Program-made: the position numbers and the translations under genes
Origin: Trichosphaerium sp. ATCC 40318
Taxonomy: Eukaryota > Protista > Tubulinea
Assembly: GCA_038496445.1 (NCBI GenBank)
Contig: JALMLS010000213.1
Span: 310,001 to 374,000 of the forward strand
Direction: 5' to 3'
Length of the DNA: 64,000 bases
In this document: positions 56,216 through 64,000 of the stretch, one piece after another
How the letters are laid out: each line of letters begins with the position of its first letter
Position numbering within the stretch: position 1 is the stretch's first letter
Notes under the pieces: generated by a model
What the model saw: the letters and a program-made list of their open reading frames with translations, nothing else
What the model was told of the DNA's origin: nothing
The model's database searches: none

Positions 56216-56528
56216 TTGTCATCTTGTTTGATGTAAAATAATAAAAAGAACAAAAAAAAAGTTAACCTTTGCTCAACTCTTTTATTGCTCTTATTGTAAT
56301 ACTTTTGGACAGTTTGTAGTAACACTCATCAGCTGAGCTATTTTTGGGACTGATATTGACAGTCCACTAAAGAATCTTTTCCCTTCATAAAATTTGAATA
56401 GTACAGTACTTGGTATACAGACTCACAGTTGTAATAATTTTGTTACTTTATTATTTGTAATATACACAAGAACAACACATGTTTAAGGTGTACTTTATGT
56501 AATACTTCAAAGAATGTATTAATACGAT

Positions 56529-59500
56529 CTATAAACTTTGTACATAATTAGCTGGTATCCATCCTGCATTACCACGCAATTCTGCTTCCCACCAGCCACC
56601 TAAACATCCACCATTAATCAATAAAAAAAAACCACGAAAATCCAAAAAAAAACCATACTGTTGTCCTTTGCAAGAACAGTAAGCACATCGCCTACAGCGA
56701 AGCTGAGCTCCTGCTCGTTAGTTGCAGTATAGTCATACAATGCACTACAGACAATATAAGTTAACCAAAATCTCAGAAATTGAACAAGAGTGACATACCG
56801 ACACTGAGGCTTGGCTGCTTTCTTCCTGGCGGCAAACTTTTTCTTACCACCAAATCTCTTTTTCTTTCCGGCAAATTTACCTTTGCCTCTACCGCCTCTT
56901 CCACGGCCTCTACCTCCTCGACCACCTCGGAAGCCACCTCGCTTTGCCATACCCCTAAACGTCCGTAAATATGAGATTCGCTTGAAAACATAGAAAGGAT
57001 TGAATGAGCGTACATTTTACGGTTGCCTCCACCATTGGAAGGATTAGGACGATGCATTTGAGGGCGCTTTACGCCACGGTTTTGTTGTACGCCAAAAACT
57101 GGTTTCTTTACTCCAGAATTGCCTGTTTGAGGTCCTCTATTGCTAGGTACAGCTCTAAACAATACTCATTAATACAAATAATAACAACGAGTAGCTACAA
57201 AAACGCGTAAAGCTGAAACAAAACACAAGAAAAAAAAAGTAAAATTACACGTTTCGTACTTGTTGGTTTTCTTGACTTGCACTTGATCACGCATGTTACT
57301 GCGTGTATGATTAGCCTGAGGAGCAGCAGGTTCTGGTGCACTAGGCACTATAAAATTTGTTACAAGACAATTAGAGTTAGTAGTTTGACGTACTGAGAGC
57401 CTTGCCGGCACCTGCTGGTACCATCATTTTCTTCTTCTTGCAAAAACCTCCTTCTGGGGCAGTAGGAGATTGGATAAATGAAAGAGTGGCGCTAGACGCT
57501 TTACCCTTCTTACTAATCTTAGTAGTAATAGTGAATCTAAATAGGTGTTATGAGTACAACAGTTGGATAAAAGTAAAACAGGATAGCATGCTGTAAATTT
57601 GAGAAAAAAGAAGGACAAAAGTAAGATAAACGTACTGGTTAGAAAACTGAAGGTTAAGGCCGCTCTTGCACTTGAGTAGTTGTGCTAGGTATAGTGTAAG
57701 TAGAGTAAGTGATTTTTAGGGGTTTTTTCGGCGAGTTTCTGAGGGTGTGCGCACCAAGGATTTCAGTCTTTTTTCTGCACTCAATAAGAGTATCATGCTC
57801 TCCATTGATTTTGAAAAGCATCATGTTATCAGCCATATCACTCAATGTTACAGAGCTTAATTTATCCCAACTAATAGTACGCGTACAATTATACAACCAA
57901 GGGTTCTTTAACCTTTTTTGAAAAAAAGTCAGAAAAAAAGATCAAAGACATTTGGTTATGTACCTCTCTTGCTTGTCTTTGGCCTTATTCTTGCCAATTT
58001 CGATAAGACTAAAGGAATGCTCGGTAATAACAAAGACACGAGTACGTGGCTTCAATTTTCTATCATACTTACGGACTACGTCCGCGAATAGGATCTTGAC
58101 TACAAAAGACTGTTAAACGGGTTTTTTGTCAAAATAAAAAACAAAGTAACGTACTCTTCTTTCCACCAGCAAGTCCTTTCAACTTAAAGTTCTCCTTCAT
58201 GGCGATGTAATCACCTTGAAATTTACGATCAACACTGTTACGACGCCTGTCTTTGCGATCCTAAGCATTATGAGGTCATAGAAAGAAGTATGGTAGTGGA
58301 AATAAGAAAGTATTAGTTTTTGAAGTTGTACCTTTAGCTGGAGGTTAGCAGCGTTCTGTATTTTCCAGTTGTAGTGAGCCATAATCTTCTCAGTGAAGAA
58401 ACGTTGAATTCTGTTCGCGTAGGTGAAGACCTTACGCTCACGAGCTTCTTCCAATTGAAATACAGTCTCTGGAGCACGGACAAAGATCTTAGTGTGTCCT
58501 GCAGAAAATGCAGGTTTCTTAGGGTCTAGTTAAACATAATTAGAACAAATCTGGTGATAATTAGAGGTTAAGTACCGTTTTGAAGTCCCATTGCCTTAAG
58601 AATCTCCAATGAGCCTTCTTTGTACCTTCCACGCCAATTCTCTGCTGGCCAGGTAGCATCTGTTGTGATAGCATACCTAATAGTCGAAGTGAGAATGTGT
58701 TTTTTGTAAAATGAAATTCGACATACCTCCAAAAGAATTTGTCATACAACTGCCTGTAAGCATATCCAGCTCTTCTTACTTTAATATTCTCAAGTAGTCC
58801 CAAGTATTGTACTTGATGCATAACACGCGTAGTATTCATGAATTTGCCTTGTTTCTTGTCATTAGGCTTGATACAACGGATGTAATGCGGGTGACATTTT
58901 GATAGCGCATCAACAAGTAGAGCAATAGATTGCTTTAATAAATAGTCAGTTAATGCGTAGGAAGCGCTTTTTTAAACTAAAGAGGGGTTTCGTACCTTGA
59001 TCTTGAATGAGGCTGTTGTTGGACGACGTTTGTCTGCAGGTGTTGCTGATTCAGGGAAGAGTCCAGGAATAAGCGCAGAACCTGTACACTGAGCAAGGTT
59101 GATTAAATCATTGTAGAGCAAGTCCTTATTCTTATCACAAAAGCCACCAAGTGAATATTCTACATCACCAGCGTAATGCTTAACGATAAACTTTGCAGGA
59201 CCAGCGCCCTTCCAATGAGCATGCTGAGAGTGATACTCTGTCATTTTACCCAAGAACTTCTCATCTGTTCCCTTTGGGAAATTGCAAGTATCATCAAGCA
59301 GTGTAAAGACACCAATAGGATTCTATGACGAACAAAAAATGAGTAATCAAGAAAGTCAAAACAACTTTTTTTTCTTCTCGAATTTTACATCCGACAAGCA
59401 CTGTGTACGTACCTTTTTAGACTCAATCAAATCACAACAGATTTTGTTATTAAAAAACTTGATAGGTTCCCATTGGATACCCTAAAGAGCTTGTTAGAGT

Positions 59501-61366
59501 CTAATTATTCAAAGAAATAAAAACAGACCTCAGATGTGTATTCCTCTTGTTCTTCCTTCAATGTCAGGTTGATGAAAATTTGTTGGAGTTTTTCGTTAAC
59601 GTAGTTGATACATAGCTGCTCAAAGCCATTTTTATCGAAGATTTCAAAACCGTAAATATCTAGAATGCCAAGAAGGAGGAATGCAATGCCATCTGTCCAA
59701 CCGAGAGCTACGTTTACTTTTTGTACGATAAAATCAAACATTCTACTATAAAGCGCTTTGGCAAGTGCATCACGAGAGTAAATAGCACCTGAGAGGATAA
59801 TTTAGGGATTTTTACTTAATTATTTGTTTGAGTACCTTCGGTGTTTTGTGGGACTTTGTATGTAGATCCACGTCTGCCTACACCACCTGTATTAATTGTT
59901 CTTGTAGTGATGGCTTGAGTGAGAGAGTTTGCATCAGTTTGGAGCAAGTATGCCGCCATGCTAACGACATTTTCATCAACAACATGTGCCTGTTAAAATA
60001 ATCAGTCAGCTCCAAAAAAAACCAAAAGACGCAGTCACATACCTGCTCTTGTCCATCTTCTTTAAAGGTGATATTACCAATCCATAAAATAGCTGCAATC
60101 AACCTTAAAACTTCTCTTTGTTCTTCTGGTGTGAACTGCATTGTTTGCATTGAGTGCAAGGTATCTTGGAACTCCTTGACGTCATCCATACCATCAACAT
60201 CATAAGCTTGGCCCTAATTCATTAGTTAGACCAAGTAAACAATTATCCTGTCATGCAAGTACCTGATTACAATAAAAGTAATAGCTTGCATCCTGTAGCC
60301 TGAATTCTTCCTTTGTTTTGGCATCTGCACCCTTTAAGAGTTGATAAAAGCTAACGTTCAAGTTAAATAAGAAGATTGCTAATAATGAACATACATGTGG
60401 AAATTTCTTTCGTTCTTTTGTTGGAATACTACACGAGACTTTTCTAGAAGATCTAAAGTATTCGTAAGAAGTTACACTTCTTCACATTTTGTTCATTCAA
60501 CGCACAATTGGTTACTCGTCCACCACGAGGTTCACCGCCAAGATCAAATTGGATTTCCATATATTTACCCTGAAATTATGTAAGCAGATTGCCTAAAAGG
60601 TACAAGGCTTGAAAATATCAAAGAACGTACAAAACGAGAAGAGTTATTATTTCTGATTGTTTTTGCATTTCCAAAAGCTTCAAGAAGCGGATTAGAGTCA
60701 GCAATACACTCCTTTACACGCTTTACATCGCCACTAGATGATCCACTGTGCGCTGCAACATACTAGGGATATTAGAAAAACTTGGTTTGGTCAACGGTTT
60801 TAACAACACAAAATATTTTTTTTGTGTTGCTTTGAGGGTTATTACTTACGTTCATAATGAACTTTGCAGCTACAGTTTTTCCAGCGCCAGATTCTCCTGA
60901 AATAATTACACACTGGTTCTCTTCATCAGCCAACAACAATCTGTACATGTCATCTGCCAAGGCGTATACGTGTGGAGGCATCTCGTAGCGGTATTTACCT
61001 CTGTAGTCCATAATCACTTTCTTAAAACAGATGTCAGTGTGACTAAAAGACAAAAAATAGTAAAGCCTTGTTTAGGGAGCGTACTTCACCGTATAAGTCT
61101 GGTATCATACGAAAAGGGTTGACAGAGATAAGTACGTGACCAATGTACGTCTAATACGTCGTTAGACAAGAAGAAAAAAAGACCAACAGCCAAAAACTAA
61201 AAACGCACATAAATCATGTCCTTATCGAACCGTTTCTGTAAGTTGCTGAGGATACCAGAGTTGGAAATATCCGACAGCATGGTCATGTCGTTTACCCCAG
61301 CCTTTCCGAAAAATGTAGCCTACGCGAGAGATTATTATTGTCATGCGCGTTAGAAGCACGAACCAT
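56529..61366 (-). CDS. MYO1: Long-tailed class I myosin heavy chain (motor, TH1, TH2, SH3)
   Basis: PPHVYALAD; GESGAGKT; LEAFGNAKT; GILDIYGFE; VKHYAG; [16 protein letters not shown]; TH1; SH3 [20 protein letters not shown]. Confidence 0.96.
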
Positions 61367-61719
61367 CTTGGAAACGCAGTTGTTTTGCCGTTATGATTCC
61401 GGATTAGTTGTAGAGGTTTAAAACTTAGCCTAAATTACTATTAACGCTCCAAAACGCTTTGGTAAAGCAAAAACGATGGAATCTCGCATTCTAGCGGTCA
61501 AATCGAACATCGCTTGCAGATCAAGCGGTGGAGTGCACGAACCTTATATTTATCACTACGAAGGAGTGATATCTTATATAATGTTGTTAACTACAAAATT
61601 GCGTAAGATTTACTTAAAATGAAGAACTCTGCCTCGCTTAATAACACTTACTTAAACTGGCTTCCCAAAGTGGGTTTGTAACCACAAACAATAATATTAT
61701 ACATTTACAAAGTGCTTAG

Positions 61720-63667
61720 TTACTCTTTTTCTTTCTCTACAACAGTAATCGATCTTCTTCATCTCCAAACTCAGACAACTCGATACCTTCCTTAGAACTA
61801 ACTGCGCCACTGCCTTGAGTGAATATCTGGTTTGCTCCTTTTACTGTGAAGAAAATAAGGTAAACTACAAAATAATAGAGAGCGAGAAAATGACGCACCT
61901 TCAAAGGTTAGGATTGTTTTGCCAATTTTGATCATATCGCCAGGTTTCAATGCGCATTTTGAAATTTTGGCACCATTTAATTTAGTGCTACTTGCGCCCA
62001 TATCGACCACATAAGGTACATTATTGATTACTGTAATACTGCAATGACTTCTAGAGATCTTGGGTTTTCTGTCAAGGCAAAAACTGATTAAGCTGTAAAA
62101 AAACAAAAAAGCAAGTTCTTTTTTGGATACATATTGATCCTCATCAAATCGAACAGTGCAGCTAGATGAGCGCCCCAAAGTATTATTCGCTCCCTTTAGT
62201 TTATATATTTTCTTCTTGCCATTCTCAAAGTACTGTACGACTGTCATTTTACCTGTGACAACATTATAAACATTTTTTGTTTTGAATAATTATTTTCATC
62301 AAAACGCACCTAAAATTGGTTTTGTGTAATAATAACCTTTGTCATCTGAATCAGTGTTTGGTTTTTCAACCCGTACGCTCTCTGAAATACGTATTAAATA
62401 CAAGTAAAGACGCCTTTCGCATACTCTTTGTTTTTTTCTCGATAAATCTTGTCAACGTGGATATCCACTCTTCAGCAGCGACATCATGCTTTGCTTTGAG
62501 GTGGAACGTGCGTAGTGGTGTGTATATTTTGAAGCAGCCCGCTTTTGTACTCTCTATTTCAGTGATGAAGCGCAGAGATATAAAATTATACGGGGCATTG
62601 TTGAGCTACAAAGTGTCAAAACACGTGTCAACAATTCAACAAAAAAAATGTGATTTTAACTTCAAAGGTGGTTTTTTTGGATTTACCAATCCATAAAAAC
62701 AACCAAGTGCACGTACGCTAACTTTCTCGTGTGGTTTAAAAAAGTACAAGTAATCTTTGTACAGTACAATATAAAGCTTTCTCCACTCCTCCTTTTTACC
62801 ACGTGCCCTATTGGTTATTTGTTAATTAAACAAAAAATTCAACAATAAAAATCATCGTTAAGAGGTAATTTACCTTTCTAGGCGTAAATAGCCTTCTTTT
62901 TCTTTTTTAATTCGTTCGTCAATAAAAAATCCAGATTCATGAAGAGCACGCAAGATAGTCTTGTATCGCTCTACAAGCATGTGTTCCTGCTCTTTCAAAA
63001 AAGGATCGAGCTTCTAGTTTTACGGAATTAGCTTTATCAACGCCCAAGAGCAAAGTAACAATACAACACGCAATTATATGTACTCGGAAAATATTTTAAC
63101 GCACCTTTCTTGACGCTTCTTTTCGCGCAAGCTGTTCTTTCGTAAATTTTAACTTCAGCACTTGTTTGAACGTTTTATGCCATTCAGCGACAACGTCGTC
63201 CGAGTCAGCAGAGAAGTCAAACATCTGCCCAATCGTCACTACCTTGACGCGATACGTTGTACAAAGCTCTCCGACCTCTTCCCGTAACTGTATCTTTGTT
63301 AAACCGTCCTCTTTTAGCACTTGTTTCAGTTTTGCGTAGGTTATCTCGTAAACGGCATGAGGGTTCTTATCGGCAGCAAGGCTCTATAAAGCACTCTTTA
63401 GCACCTACTAAATATGTAGTATAAGTTACAAACCTGCTCTGTCTTGTAAAAGTATAAAAAATCGCCGTTTAATACGCAATAGAACTTTTTGAAGTTTGGT
63501 TTGCCATATTTACGAGCGTATATCCACCCTTCCTTTATAATATCGATTAGACCCTCTGGAGTGTCGCCCGTAGAGCTCTCTTCCAATACTCTTAGTTCTC
63601 GGGCGATGCCCTTCTTTGTTTGTTTCTGCTTCTCCGATGCACCTACGACCTCAACTACGTCACTCAT
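61720..63667 (-). CDS. Tandem PH-PH-FHA domain signalling adaptor
   Basis: IKEGWI..KKFYCVL..LYFYK..W (PH1); KEGYL..WRKLYIVL..LYFFK..EEW (PH2); LGRS..SRSH..DMG..TKLNG..LKPGD (FHA). Confidence 0.85.
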
Positions 63668-64000
63668 AGTACAAGCAGTAATTGGTTTTGCCGTACAGCT
63701 TAAAAAAGAAACAATCTTGACTTAGTTAAGACAATTTCACTATTTGAGACCCATCAGCTTTGTAAACGCGTTTATGCAAATTATGAGTGCAATTTGCGTA
63801 GTTTACCAACTTAGTATTTTCGTAACACGCATTTATAGTCGTTCACTGCTTGCCATCGGCAGTGTACGTAACGCCGTAAGCAATATACAAATACCACCAA
63901 GCACAGTTTGTACGTTGCTTGCATCTTTGCGTTAATTTGTACTGACAGGCAAGAATTCCTGCGACAGTTTGTTTCAGAAACATGTTGCCTTTGTCCGCAT

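Overview
AT-rich (about 35% GC by eye) eukaryotic nuclear DNA with many short spliceosomal introns (mostly about 40-60 nt, GT-AG plus several GC-AG). The ORF track therefore shows mainly exon fragments, and I assembled the gene models by hand from splice signals, so boundaries are approximate where stated. Gene content suggests a free-living amoeba, probably Amoebozoa (inference): actin-fragmin kinase, long-tailed myosin I, RasGEF, Niban-like protein and the 'EDWY' repeat family. The first 12 kb is an accessory-like island: five copies (intact, truncated or decayed) of an F-box + MORN-repeat family, two ending in CaaX prenylation motifs, plus an HHIP-like GPI protein, an intronless F-box gene and a secreted toxin-like protein. 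The rest is mostly housekeeping: RasGEF, NDUFV2, CLC, P450, ankyrin, RING, mS33, TBC, C2, PPIL3, myosin I and PH-PH-FHA. Unusual items there are a WH2/polyproline-actin-fragmin kinase-nitrilase-propeller fusion, a membrane-anchored bacterial-type SpeD, an ENPP lacking its zinc ligands, a PX-Niban-like protein, nested decayed DNA transposons in a P450 intron, and several candidate structured RNAs. No rRNA, tRNA or CRISPR array was recognised.
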